A DNA stretch of 36,576 nucleotides from an uncultured Eubacteriales bacterium (GTDB lineage: Bacteria > Bacillota > Clostridia > Oscillospirales > CAG-382): positions 1 to 36,576 of the forward strand of contig USHI01000001.1 in assembly GCA_900554405.1 (NCBI GenBank), in the 5' to 3' direction. Position numbers and translations under genes: made by a program. Below the pieces are notes generated by a model, which saw only the letters and a list, made by a program, of their open reading frames with translations, was not told where the DNA came from and searched no databases. Below, in pieces: positions 26,632-35,352 of this stretch (its first letter is position 1; every line of letters starts with the position of its first letter).

Positions 26632-26647
26632 TCGGAGGTTTTGAAAA

Positions 26648-27001
26648 ATGGCTCGAATCAAAGGCGCACTTGCCACCAGAAAAAGAAGAAATAAAATGCT
26701 CAAACTCGCCAAGGGTTACTGGGGCGCAAAGAGCAAGCATTTCAAAATGGCGAAGCAGGCCGTTCTCAAGAGCGGTAATTATGCATTTGCCGGCAGAAAG
26801 CTCAAAAAGAGAGATTTCCGTTCTCTCTGGATCACCCGCATCTCCGCGCAGTGCAAGGCAGAGGGTATCAACTACTCCCGCTTTATGTACGGCCTGAAGA
26901 AGAGCGGTATCGAACTCAACCGCAAAATGCTTTCCGAGCTTGCCGTGAACGATAAGGCAGCGTTCGCTTCCCTTGTCGAAACCGCAAAAAAGGCTCTTTA
27001 A
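26648..27001 (+). CDS. rplT: 50S ribosomal protein L20
   Basis: 117 aa reading [29 protein letters not shown]... GGAGG lies upstream. Confidence 0.95.
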   Translation: MARIKGALATRKRRNKMLKLAKGYWGAKSKHFKMAKQAVLKSGNYAFAGRKLKKRDFRSLWITRISAQCKAEGINYSRFMYGLKKSGIELNRKMLSELAVNDKAAFASLVETAKKAL

Positions 27002-27038
27002 GCGAAAAAATTTTTTCACGGGTAATTGATTTCTTTTG

Positions 27039-27067
27039 TTGACATATGTCGAATTATTTGATATAAT
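27039..27067 (+). promoter_or_regulatory. Sigma-A promoter of rpsU
   Basis: TTGACA (27039-27044), a 17-nt spacer, then TATAAT (27062-27067). Confidence 0.6.
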
Positions 27068-27120
27068 GTCCCCACTGGAAGCGATTTCCTCGGAAACCGA
27101 TGCAAGGGAGGGTTACAAAA

Positions 27121-27297
27121 TTGGCTGAGATCAGAGTTAAGGAGAACGAAACAATCGACAGCGCTCTTCGCAGATTCAAGAGGTCTTATCTCAGAAGCGG
27201 CGTTCAGGCTGAGCTTCGTAAGAGAGAACATTACGAAAAGCCCAGTGTCAAGCGCAAGAAGAAGTCCGAAGCGGCTCGCAAGCGCAAATACAGATAA
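27121..27297 (+). CDS. rpsU: 30S ribosomal protein S21 (TTG start)
   Basis: The TTG at 27121, 8 nt after GGGAGGG, gives a 58-aa protein (M)[20 protein letters not shown], the normal S21 length. The ORF-track ATG at 27100 overlaps the RBS. Confidence 0.88.
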   Translation: MAEIRVKENETIDSALRRFKRSYLRSGVQAELRKREHYEKPSVKRKKKSEAARKRKYR

Positions 27298-27338
27298 AGC
27301 CTGTATCTCGCAATTTTGTTATAAAACAAAATACAAAC

Positions 27339-27370
27339 AGCACGGCGTAATAAACGCCGTGTTTTTGTTT
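27339..27370 (+). terminator. Intrinsic terminator after rpsU
   Basis: Stem AGCACGGCGT / ACGCCGTGTT with loop AATAA, running into GTTTTTGTTTT. Confidence 0.7.
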
Positions 27371-27381
27371 TCCGGCGGCTA

Positions 27382-27410
27382 TTGCAATTGCCGCTTTTTT
27401 GCGGTATAAT
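27382..27410 (+). promoter_or_regulatory. Candidate sigma-A promoter of the GH26-like lipoprotein gene
   Basis: TTGCAA (27382-27387), a 17-nt spacer, then TATAAT (27405-27410). Confidence 0.5.
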
Positions 27411-27441
27411 AGCTGCAGTTTACCGATATACGGAGGAAATA

Positions 27442-29289
27442 ATGAAAAGAATACTCGCACTCCTTCTTCTCATTTCAATGTCAATCGCCGCTTTAGCCGC
27501 GCTTTATGCCTGCAATGGTGTGGGTGATAACTCGTCATCCCCGCAAATATCAGATACAACGGAGGAATCTACATTGATACCCGATGAAAAAGCAAAGGAA
27601 TACTGGTCGGACAGCTACAAAGCACAGGGCTTTTCCGGCACGGACGATATCTTTGGCTTTACCCCCTATGAATACGAGGGCGACAAAAGATACCTCTTCA
27701 CCGGCAGGGAATCCACCCGCGCAGTCGTCTGCTCCGAGGGCTATGCCGTGACACTGCCCGGCACGGATGTGACCGCCGATTTCACGCTCGGCGCGCTCCG
27801 CAGCAAGTACAAGGCGGATAAATATGTTCTTACCGTCACATACGAGGATCAGAACCCGTACGGCAATACGGCGGATAAATTCGCGATATACTTCGATGAA
27901 TGGCTTACAAGATATCTCGAAAATGTCGATTTCCTTGCCGCGAACACCATACGCCGCACGCGTAAAGTGGGCGTTACGGAGGAGCTGCTCCCCGGATTCA
28001 CGGTGAATTATTACGATATGCAGATCAACCTTGCATCCAAGCTCGAATACGATTGTTACAGCATTGCCGTTGTCCGCCCGAAGGATAAATACGATTATTT
28101 CTGGCTGTTTGTCATGAAATCCGGCGACCCGATGCCCGAAACGCTCGATTCCATCGTCGCCTCTTTCACCGAGCTCGAAAAGAACGGCACGCCGAAGAAC
28201 ACTGTCGGCTCCTACGAGCTGCGTACCCCCGATTATTGGAGCGACGAAACAAAGGCGTATTTCGAAAAGCTGCAAAACCAGACAAGCGTCGATTTCGGCT
28301 GCTATTATGCGCAGAACGATGCCGAATATATCAAATGGCTCCAATCCGATGAAGCGCTCGCTCACCAAAACGAGATCTTCATGACATATTACCATATCGG
28401 CTGGTACGATACCAAGACATATGTCGATCTCGATCTGCTCCGCAGCAATGCGGGCGGAAACGGCTTCAACGGCAAACCGGTGCTTGAATTCACTTATCAG
28501 TTCACCACGACAAACAACCTGCTCGGCGGATATACGCCCATGTACGATATACTCCGCGGCAAGCTGGACGATCATTTCCGCAAGCTTGCACAGGATATAA
28601 AAGAATACGGCAAGCCCGTTCTTTTCCGCCTGAATAACGAAATGAATACCGACTGGACAAGCTATTGCGGCATTGTCACGATGCTCGATCCGGATATATT
28701 CATCGAAACCTGGCGCCGGCTTTACGATATATTCCGCGAGGAGGGCGTGGATAACTGCATTTGGATCTTCAACCCGATCGCGACATCCTGCCCGTACAGC
28801 AATTGGGGCGATATGCTCAACTACTTCCCGGGCGAGGATTATGTCCAAATGATCGGGCTTACGAGCTACCAGATGAACAACGATGATTCCTTTGCAACCT
28901 TCCGCGAAATGTATACCGAGCTGTACAAGAAGAACACCCCTTATTTCGACAATTACCCCGCGATAATCGGCGAATTCGGCTGCGGCGCGGGCGGCGAGGT
29001 CATATATAATTGGGATAAGGGCGCATATGTTCCCGTGGAGGATATCGAAACAAAGCGTGTCCGCCAGGCAGAATGGATCAAGGGAATGTTCGAATGCTTT
29101 GCGCACAATACCGAGCCCGGTTATGAATTCTGCCGTAATATCAAGATCGCCGTATGGTTCTCCGCGAACGATTACGCAGAGGTAAACGGCGAAACCAAGG
29201 TGCTGAACTACATCAAGCTCGACGAGGGTGTTCCGCTTGCGCTCAAAGCGCTTCGCGAAGGGCTCGCGGCGATGAACGCAGAGAAATGA
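27442..29289 (+). CDS. Lipoprotein with a C-terminal glycoside hydrolase family 26-like (mannanase-fold) domain
   Basis: Start at the ATG at 27442 (MKRILALLLLISMSIAALAALYAC, lipobox), preceded by GGAGGAAA. GH26-like blocks are PVLFRLNNEMNTDWTSYCG, IWIFNP, YFPGEDYVQMIGLTSY and IIGEFGC. The N-terminal ~330 aa are unassigned. Confidence 0.6.
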   Translation: MKRILALLLLISMSIAALAALYACNGVGDNSSSPQISDTTEESTLIPDEKAKEYWSDSYKAQGFSGTDDIFGFTPYEYEGDKRYLFTGRESTRAVVCSEGYAVTLPGTDVTADFTLGALRSKYKADKYVLTVTYEDQNPYGNTADKFAIYFDEWLTRYLENVDFLAANTIRRTRKVGVTEELLPGFTVNYYDMQINLASKLEYDCYSIAVVRPKDKYDYFWLFVMKSGDPMPETLDSIVASFTELEKNGTPKNTVGSYELRTPDYWSDETKAYFEKLQNQTSVDFGCYYAQNDAEYIKWLQSDEALAHQNEIFMTYYHIGWYDTKTYVDLDLLRSNAGGNGFNGKPVLEFTYQFTTTNNLLGGYTPMYDILRGKLDDHFRKLAQDIKEYGKPVLFRLNNEMNTDWTSYCGIVTMLDPDIFIETWRRLYDIFREEGVDNCIWIFNPIATSCPYSNWGDMLNYFPGEDYVQMIGLTSYQMNNDDSFATFREMYTELYKKNTPYFDNYPAIIGEFGCGAGGEVIYNWDKGAYVPVEDIETKRVRQAEWIKGMFECFAHNTEPGYEFCRNIKIAVWFSANDYAEVNGETKVLNYIKLDEGVPLALKALREGLAAMNAEK

Positions 29290-29390
29290 TCAAAGAATAA
29301 AACAAGCCTCCCGGCAAGTGAAGTGCACCCGAAAGCATCTGACTTTTGGGGTGCATATCACAAGCGGGGGGCTTATTTTTTTGCAATTTT

Positions 29391-30197
29391 TCAGGCGATC
29401 CCGAAAACCTTTTTTGCGGTATCGCAGAATATCTGCTGCTTTTCGGATCCCGTAAAGCCGCATTCATCCACAAGCGGGTAGGAAAATGCTGTCCCCCACA
29501 AGGGGTAATCGCTTCCGAACATTATCCGTTCCGTACCGTGCTTTTCGGCAAGCCGGTAAAGCCCGTGTGCATCCATTCCGAGGCGTGCTTCGCTTGTATC
29601 GGTGTACACGGGTGTGCCGATAAGGTACTTTTCGGCAAGCTCCCATACCGAATAGCCGCACATATGCGCGGCGATGATAACCAGCTCCGGAAACTTTTCC
29701 ATCACTGCACGCAGGCGCTTCGGGTGGGAAAGATCGCTTTTTGTATCCCCGACATGAAACAGTATCGGCAGCCCGAGACGTGCGCAAATGCGGTAGATTT
29801 CGACCGCAGTCGGATCGTCCGTGGCGAAATTCTGGAAATCCGGGTGCAGCTTCACGCCTTTCGCGCCGTTTTCTTTGGCATATATCAGCTCCTCCTCCGC
29901 AAGGGCAACGCCCATCGCGGGGTGGAAGGAGCACAGCGGGATAAAACGGGTGTCGCTTTTTGCCGTGCTCAGCAGAAAATCGTTTCCGTGGCGAACGGCT
30001 TCCGGCTTTAAGACGGCGGAGGATATGACAAACCTTGTGTTCGGCAGCCCTTCGCTCAGTGCCAAAAGGCATTCGGCTGTGCCGTCGCCCTGCCTGCCGA
30101 GGTGATAGTAGCTTGCGGTGTTTTCGGCGGCGCGCAGGGCAATCTTTGCCGGGAATATGTGGGTGTGTACGTCTATAATTTCTCTTTCGGTTATCAT
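29391..30197 (-). CDS. Amidohydrolase-family (TIM-barrel metal-dependent hydrolase, Amidohydro_2-like) protein
   Basis: Start at MITEREIIDVHTHIFP (ATG at 30197). The HxH metal motif and later conserved His/Asp residues (LFHVGD, FGSDYPLW) are present. Confidence 0.8.
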   Translation of the reverse strand: MITEREIIDVHTHIFPAKIALRAAENTASYYHLGRQGDGTAECLLALSEGLPNTRFVISSAVLKPEAVRHGNDFLLSTAKSDTRFIPLCSFHPAMGVALAEEELIYAKENGAKGVKLHPDFQNFATDDPTAVEIYRICARLGLPILFHVGDTKSDLSHPKRLRAVMEKFPELVIIAAHMCGYSVWELAEKYLIGTPVYTDTSEARLGMDAHGLYRLAEKHGTERIMFGSDYPLWGTAFSYPLVDECGFTGSEKQQIFCDTAKKVFGIA

Positions 30198-30218
30198 TTT
30201 GTGCCTTCGGTAGTGGTT

Positions 30219-30262
30219 AAAAAAAGCAAAAAGCACCGGAAACGGCGTTCCGCTTCCGATGC
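30219..30262 (-). terminator. Intrinsic terminator after the Cys/Asp-rich protein gene
   Basis: Minus-strand RNA reads GCAUCGGAA...UUCCGGUGC (9 bp including one G-U that exists only on this strand), followed by UUUUUGCUUUUUUU. Confidence 0.7.
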
Positions 30263-30290
30263 CTTTTTTTCCGTCAGGGTGTAAAAGAGG

Positions 30291-30758
30291 TTATTTGTCC
30301 TCTTCTTCGGATTCGTCCTCGTCGTCGGTCTGGACAAGGCTCAAAAGCTTGCCGCAGTTGGGGCATTCAAGCTCGTCGATCTCGTCTGCATCGCATTCGT
30401 CGATATAAACGGGCTTGCCGCAGGCGGGGCATTCAAGTTCCAGGCATTCGCAATCGCAATCGTCGTCATCGCAGCAGCAGTCGCAATCGTCGTCGCAGCA
30501 ATCGCAGTCGTCGTCGCAATCATCGCAGCAGTCGCAATCGCAGTAAAGCTCTTCTTCGACAGCGCCGAGATCCTCGTCAATCTCTTCGACATAATCGTTG
30601 AGCGTGGCGGTTTCGTCCTCCAGATCGAGCACGGAAAGCGAAAGGTCTTCGAGCAGATCCGCCATGGCGGAGATAACTTTGCCTTCGCCGTCGGAGGTGT
30701 CGATCTTCATGCCTTCGATAAGGCCTTTGATATAAGCGGCTTTTTCGGATACGGTCAT
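30291..30758 (-). CDS. Very acidic 155-aa protein with an N-terminal helical domain, a Cys/Asp run and a C-terminal zinc ribbon (CPACG...CPNCG); function unknown
   Basis: The ORF has AGGAG in AAGGAGTATTCTACAATG before the ATG at 30758. Conserved-looking N-terminus MTVSEKAAYIKGLIEGM. From memory it resembles clostridial proteins annotated as CD1247 N-terminal domain-containing, which I could not verify. Confidence 0.75.
   Translation of the reverse strand: MTVSEKAAYIKGLIEGMKIDTSDGEGKVISAMADLLEDLSLSVLDLEDETATLNDYVEEIDEDLGAVEEELYCDCDCCDDCDDDCDCCDDDCDCCCDDDDCDCECLELECPACGKPVYIDECDADEIDELECPNCGKLLSLVQTDDEDESEEEDK
30444..30542 (-). repeat. Low-complexity (TGY/GAY)n coding tract encoding CDCDCCDDCDDDCDCCDDDCDCCCDDDDCDCEC
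   Basis: 33 consecutive codons give 15 Cys, 17 Asp and 1 Glu. The plus strand reads as GCA/ATC/GTC triplet repeats. Confidence 0.9.
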
Positions 30759-30789
30759 TGTAGAATACTCCTTATATGATAAGTATTGA

Positions 30790-31347
30790 TCAGACGCGTT
30801 CGAGATATTCGCAGGAACGGGTATCGATCTTGATAACGTCGCCTTCGTTGATAAATATCGGAACTTTTACCTCGGCGCCGGTTTCGACGGTGGCGGGCTT
30901 GGTAACGTTCGTTGCCGTGTTGCCCTTCACGCCCGGTTCGGTGGCGGTGACTTCAAGCTCGACAAATATCGGAGGTTCAACAGAGAACACCTTGCCCTTG
31001 TAGGACATAAGGCGGCAGGTCATGCCTTCCTTGACAAACTTGAAGCTGTCGGGAAGCTGTTCCTTGTTGAGCGGTTCCTGATCGTAGGTGACAGGGTCCA
31101 TGAAATAGTAAAGGTCGCCGTCGTTGTAGCTGTATTCCATGTCTTTTCTTTCGACAACGGCCTGCGGGAATTTCGCGGTGGGGTTGAACGAGGTTTCGAT
31201 AACGGCGCCGGAGATGATGTTTCTCATCTTGGTGCGGACAAAAGCCGCGCCCTTGCCGGGTTTGACGTGCTGAAATTCGATAACCTGCATAAGTGCACCG
31301 TCCATTTCGAATGTCAAGCCGTTTTTGAAATCGCCTGCGGATATCAT
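30790..31347 (-). CDS. efp: Elongation factor P
   Basis: Start at [10 protein letters not shown] (ATG at 31347), preceded by AGGAGGA. The [15 protein letters not shown] loop is present. 185 aa. Confidence 0.95.
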   Translation of the reverse strand: MISAGDFKNGLTFEMDGALMQVIEFQHVKPGKGAAFVRTKMRNIISGAVIETSFNPTAKFPQAVVERKDMEYSYNDGDLYYFMDPVTYDQEPLNKEQLPDSFKFVKEGMTCRLMSYKGKVFSVEPPIFVELEVTATEPGVKGNTATNVTKPATVETGAEVKVPIFINEGDVIKIDTRSCEYLERV

Positions 31348-31402
31348 ATAAAATCCTCCTGAATTTAAGTCCTTTTCATCAGACAAATCTTTTCTACATT
31401 AT

Positions 31403-31431
31403 ATTCTATATCATGCAGGGCGTTTTGTCAA
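31403..31431 (-). promoter_or_regulatory. Candidate sigma-A promoter in front of efp
   Basis: Minus strand reads TTGACA (31431-31426), a 17-nt spacer, then TAGAAT (31408-31403). Confidence 0.55.
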
Positions 31432-31448
31432 GAGCTTTTTGGCGGTTA

Positions 31449-32528
31449 TTAAAGCTCGATAAGCCCGCGCGGGCTTGCGGTGAGGTTTTCGCAGCCGTTT
31501 TCGGTCACGAGCACCATGTTTTCGATACGCACACCGAATTTTCCGGGGATATATATACCCGGCTCTACGGTCACAATGTTGCCGGGGACAAGTATATCGT
31601 CGCTTGCGGGGGACACACGCGGATTTTCGTGGATCTCCAACCCGAGCGAATGCCCGAGCGAATGCCCGAAGTATTCGCCGTAGCCCGCATCCGCAATGAT
31701 CTTCCGTGCAACACCGTCGGCATCCCTGCCGGAAACGCCGGCGCGGATATATTTCATCGCCTCGCTCTGCGCCTCGAGCACGGTGTTGTAGACGTGCTTC
31801 ATTTCGTCGCTTGCCTTGCCCACGACAACGGTGCGTGTCATGTCGCTGCAATATCCGTTGTATTTCGCGCCGAAATCCATTGTGAAGAAGGAATCCTTCG
31901 TGAGCCGTTCATCGCCGGGAACGCCGTGCGGAAGCGAGGATTTCTTTCCGGAAACGGCTATGGTATCGAACGCAAGCCCGGAAGCGCCGGATCTGCGCAT
32001 GAAATATTCCATTTCCGAGGCAACTTCCGCTTCCGTGCGGTCCCCGTTGATAAAGCCGCAGATATGCTCGAAGGTGAGATCGGTTATCCTCTGTGCGGCG
32101 CGGATGTTTTCGATCTCCGCTTCGGTCTTGACACGCCTGAATTCCAGAACGATATCCTCCATAAAGCCGAACTCAACGCCATCGCAGCGGCTTTGCAGCG
32201 TTTGGAGCTGCAAAACGCTCACGAGTGCAGGGTCCACGCAGACACGCTTTGCGCCGTGGGAGTAAAAATAATCGGCAATGACGGCATAGAAATTCCCTTT
32301 CAGGAGCATGGGGTGAACGTCCGCGGAAAGCTTGCCCGCCTTTTTCAGGCTGTCCGCCGCTTCGAAATAGCGCGAATCGGCAAACAGGGCGGTTTCCTCG
32401 CGGCTGACAATGACAATGTCGTCCGTCGTGTAAAAGTCGCTCAGATAATGCTGGCTCGTTTCATCCAGAAACAGCGCGCAATCGTATCCGGCGGCGCTGA
32501 TCTTTTCGTAAACCTTTCTTCCGTTCAT
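31449..32528 (-). CDS. M24-family Xaa-Pro aminopeptidase (aminopeptidase P type)
   Basis: Creatinase-like N-domain plus a pita-bread domain. The metal ligands lie in MDFGAKYNGYCSDMTRT, FGHSLGHSLGLEIHE and VTVEPGIY. Its position upstream of efp is a common synteny. Confidence 0.9.
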   Translation of the reverse strand: MNGRKVYEKISAAGYDCALFLDETSQHYLSDFYTTDDIVIVSREETALFADSRYFEAADSLKKAGKLSADVHPMLLKGNFYAVIADYFYSHGAKRVCVDPALVSVLQLQTLQSRCDGVEFGFMEDIVLEFRRVKTEAEIENIRAAQRITDLTFEHICGFINGDRTEAEVASEMEYFMRRSGASGLAFDTIAVSGKKSSLPHGVPGDERLTKDSFFTMDFGAKYNGYCSDMTRTVVVGKASDEMKHVYNTVLEAQSEAMKYIRAGVSGRDADGVARKIIADAGYGEYFGHSLGHSLGLEIHENPRVSPASDDILVPGNIVTVEPGIYIPGKFGVRIENMVLVTENGCENLTASPRGLIEL

Positions 32529-32543
32529 GGTATTTTCTCCTTT

Positions 32544-35079
32544 TTATGCTGTTACTATCCGCGCGGCATCGTGCAGCCCAAGCTGCTCCACCGCCTGCTC
32601 GCGCATTTTGTATTTGAGTATCTTTCCCGCCGCGTTCATCGGGAATTCGGTCACAAAGCTTACATAGCGCGGCGTTTTGTGCTTTGCCATATGCTCGGCG
32701 ACATAGGTTTTTATCTCGTCCTCCGTGAGCGTCATGCCGTCCTTCGGGATAACGCAGGCAAGAATTTCCTCGCCGTACTGCCTGTCCGGTACGCCGATAA
32801 CCTGAACATCCTTTACCTTCGGGTGGGTGTATATGAAATCCTCGATCTCTTTGGGATATATGTTTTCGCCTCCGCGGATGATCATATCCTTTATGCGCCC
32901 GGTGATCTTGAAATAGCCGTTTTCATCGCGCCGTGCAAGGTCGCCGGTGTGCAGCCAGCCCTCCGCATCGATGGCAAGCGCAGTCGCCTGCGGCATTTTG
33001 TAATACCCCTTCATGATATTGTATCCGCGCGCGACAAATTCGCCGTCGGTACCGTCGGGGAGCTCTTCGCCGGTTGACGGGTCCACGATTTTGCATTCCA
33101 CGCCGAACATTGCGGCACCGACAGTGTTCACGCGTGCTTCGATGCTGTCCGTCGTGCGGCTCATCGTGCAGCCGGGCGAAGCCTCCGTCTGACCGTAGGT
33201 GATGCAGATCTCGGACATATGCATTTTTTCGATAACATCCTGCATGACCTTTATCGGGCAGGGCGAGCCCGCCATGATCCCGGTGCGCATGTGCGAAAAA
33301 TCGGTTTTGGCAAAGCTTTCGTGCCCCAGCATTGCAATGAACATCGTGGGAACGCCGTGAAAGCAGGTTATCTTTTCGCGGTTGATGCAGTCCAGCGCGA
33401 TCCGCGGCGAAAAACGGCTGATCGGCGACATCGTCACCCCGTGCGTGACGGCAGCCGTCATGGCAAGCACCATGCCGAAGCAGTGGAACATCGGCACCTG
33501 TATCATCATTCGGTCGGCGCTCGAAAGATCCATGCAGTCGCCGATGTTTTTGCCGTTGTTTACGATATTGTAGTGCGTGAGCATGACACCCTTCGGGAAG
33601 CCCGTCGTGCCGGAGGTGTACTGCATATTGCAGACGTCGTGCTTGCTTATAAGCGAGCTGCGGCGGTATACCTCCTCTGCGGGGACATCGTCCGCAAGAG
33701 CAAGCGCATCCTCCCAGGTGAAGCAGCCCTCGCAGCGGCTCTGCACCGTGATAATGTTGCGCAGGAAGGGAACGCGGCGTGCGTAAAGCGGAGTTTTCGG
33801 GTCGTGTCCGGCAAGCTCGGGGCAGAGCTCGCGGATTATCGCGTTGTAATCGCTGTCCTTAAAGCCGTCGCACATGACAAGCGTGTGCGTGTCGGACTGG
33901 CGGAGCAGATATTCTATTTCATATATCTTGTAAGCCGTGTTGACGGTGACCAGCACCGCGCCGATCTTGGTCGTCGCCCAGAAGGTGATATACCATTGCG
34001 GAAGGTTTGTCGCCCATATCGCAACATGGTCGCCGCGCTTCACGCCCAGCGCGATAAGCGCACGGGCAAAACGGTCGACATCGCTGCGGAACTGCGGGTA
34101 GGTGCGGGTATAGTCGCATTCGGTAAAGCGGAAGGCGTATTGGTCGGGGAACGCCTCGCACACGCGGTCGAGAAGCTGCGGAAAGGTCAGGTCGATCAGC
34201 ATATTCTTTTGCCAGATATATCTGCCCGCGCCGCGCAGATCGGGGATAAGCGTGTCCGCTGCCGTGCGCCCGCCGAGGAATGCCGACATATAGTTTACAT
34301 AATGCGGAAACACTATGCCCGCATCCTGCAGGTCGGGAGCCCATTGCTTCACCCATTCCAGCGACAAATATCCCTCGTAATTGATGCTTTCGAGTGCGCC
34401 GATGATATCCGCAACGGGCATATCGCCTTCGCCCATCAGGCGGTATTGCACGGTTCCGTCCTCACAAACGCTGTCCTTTATGTGAACATAGGCGATATAC
34501 ATCCCGAGGTTCTGCACGGTTTTTTCGGGCGATTCGGCGCAGAAGCGGTAGGGATGGTGAACATCCCAAAGCGCCTTGACCGCATCACTTTCGGCGCGGT
34601 CGAGCAGCGCCTTCAGGCGTGCGGTATCGCTGTAAACACCGTTTGTTTCGACCAAAAGCGTTACGCCTGCTTCCTCTGCCGCCGGTATGAGCGCTTTGAG
34701 CTGCGCAAGGACTTCTTCATCGTCGACATCGTTGCCGGGGTTTATCACGTCGTCGCCGAGAACACGGACAAATCCGCAGCCGATCCTGCCTGCGGCGGCG
34801 ATGTATTCGCGGGTAAACACGGCGGTTTTCCGCCGCGCGGTCGTTATATGCAAGGCAGGCGCCGGAGGAAAAGCAGGAAACCGCGAGCCCCAGCGCGGAA
34901 AGCTTTTTCGCGGTATACATAATGTTGTCGGGCGAAAACGGGGTGACGTTTCTTCCGTCGGAAAGATCGTTGCCGAGCCCGCGGACTTCGATCCCGTCGA
35001 ACCCGAGGTCGGATGCCATTGCGCAGATATCGCCGAAGCCGTATCCGGGGCAGGCGAGCGTGGAGAAAGAGAGCTTCAT
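32544..35079 (-). pseudogene. Fusion gene of a xylose-isomerase-like TIM barrel (sugar phosphate isomerase/epimerase family) with an AMP-dependent acyl-CoA synthetase/ligase, disrupted by a 1-nt frameshift near 34826-34829
   Basis: The N-terminal 75-80 aa of the TIM barrel (MKLSFSTLACPGYGF...CFSSGACL) are in the frame of ORF 34717..35139. The rest (REYIAAAGRIGCGFVRVLGD...LSLEW) continues in ORF 32544..34853 and runs without a stop into the ligase (YTSGTTGFPKGV, GWLHTGDLARRDENGYFKITGRIKD). The total span is 3n+1 nt. Confidence 0.7.
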
Positions 35080-35098
35080 TGTGTGTGTTCCTTTGCCT

Positions 35099-35136
35099 AA
35101 AAAATAAAAATACCCGGTCAAAAGCAAAAGACCGAG
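35099..35136 (-). terminator. Intrinsic terminator at the 3' end of the leader, about 20 nt before the RBS of the TIM-barrel/ligase gene
   Basis: Minus-strand RNA reads CUCGGUC-UUUUGCUUUU-GACCGGG followed by UAUUUUUAUUUUUU. Confidence 0.65.
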
Positions 35137-35345
35137 CAAAAGGGCTTGAACCGAAAATTATCACTTGCATTGCACGCCGAACAGCGGCTCTCGTTGATAA
35201 CGGTGAGAAACCCGACCGACCCCTAAATGATTTCGGGGCGGCAGCTCCGGGGTGAGATCGCGTTGCGCAATGCTGCCGTCTTGCACCGACCGACGGCTCT
35301 CTGAAAAGCATTCTCGCAGGCTTTTTCCCCTTCATTGCTTTTTAC
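35137..35345 (-). promoter_or_regulatory. Structured GC-rich 5' leader of unknown class (riboswitch/attenuator candidate)
   Basis: It lies between a consensus promoter and a terminator. It has several hairpins, two mutually exclusive helices and duplicated 8-9-nt motifs. No convincing coding potential. Confidence 0.5.
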
Positions 35346-35352
35346 GGGATTG

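Noticed and set aside
27004-27017. Perfect palindrome GAAAAAATTTTTTC immediately after the rplT stop
   Set aside because: An A/T-only 6-bp stem with no loop is too weak for an intrinsic terminator. More likely it is an A-tract/UP-like element upstream of the rpsU promoter, or incidental.
29319-29385. Hairpin GTGCACCCGAAAG...CTTTTGGGGTGCA between the GH26-like gene and the convergent amidohydrolase gene
   Set aside because: It is plausibly a terminator for the convergent pair, but the stem has a bulge and a G-U pair, and no clean U-tract directly follows the stem on the plus strand (the nearest T-run starts ~25 nt downstream, after a second weak stem). Confidence was too low to list it as a feature.
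34844-35335. 163-aa ORF running through the structured leader into the TIM-barrel gene
   Set aside because: It has no Shine-Dalgarno sequence. It starts within a few nt of the predicted TSS, and its Arg/Ser/Phe-rich translation has no motifs. It reads straight through an intrinsic terminator and the real RBS and start at 35079, so the region is better explained as non-coding RNA.
35137-35345. Possible T-box, PyrR-binding or cobalamin riboswitch identity for the leader
   Set aside because: AGAGAG and CCGUUA strings recall T-box Stem I and F-box elements, but there is no T-box sequence (GGGUGGNACCGCG) or UGGN bulge. CAGAGAGCC resembles the PyrR loop UCCAGAGAGGC but has mismatches and is not next to pyr genes. 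CCGGAGCUGCC partly resembles the B12 box, but the GCCACUG and GGUGAAAxCC cores are absent. It is left unclassified.
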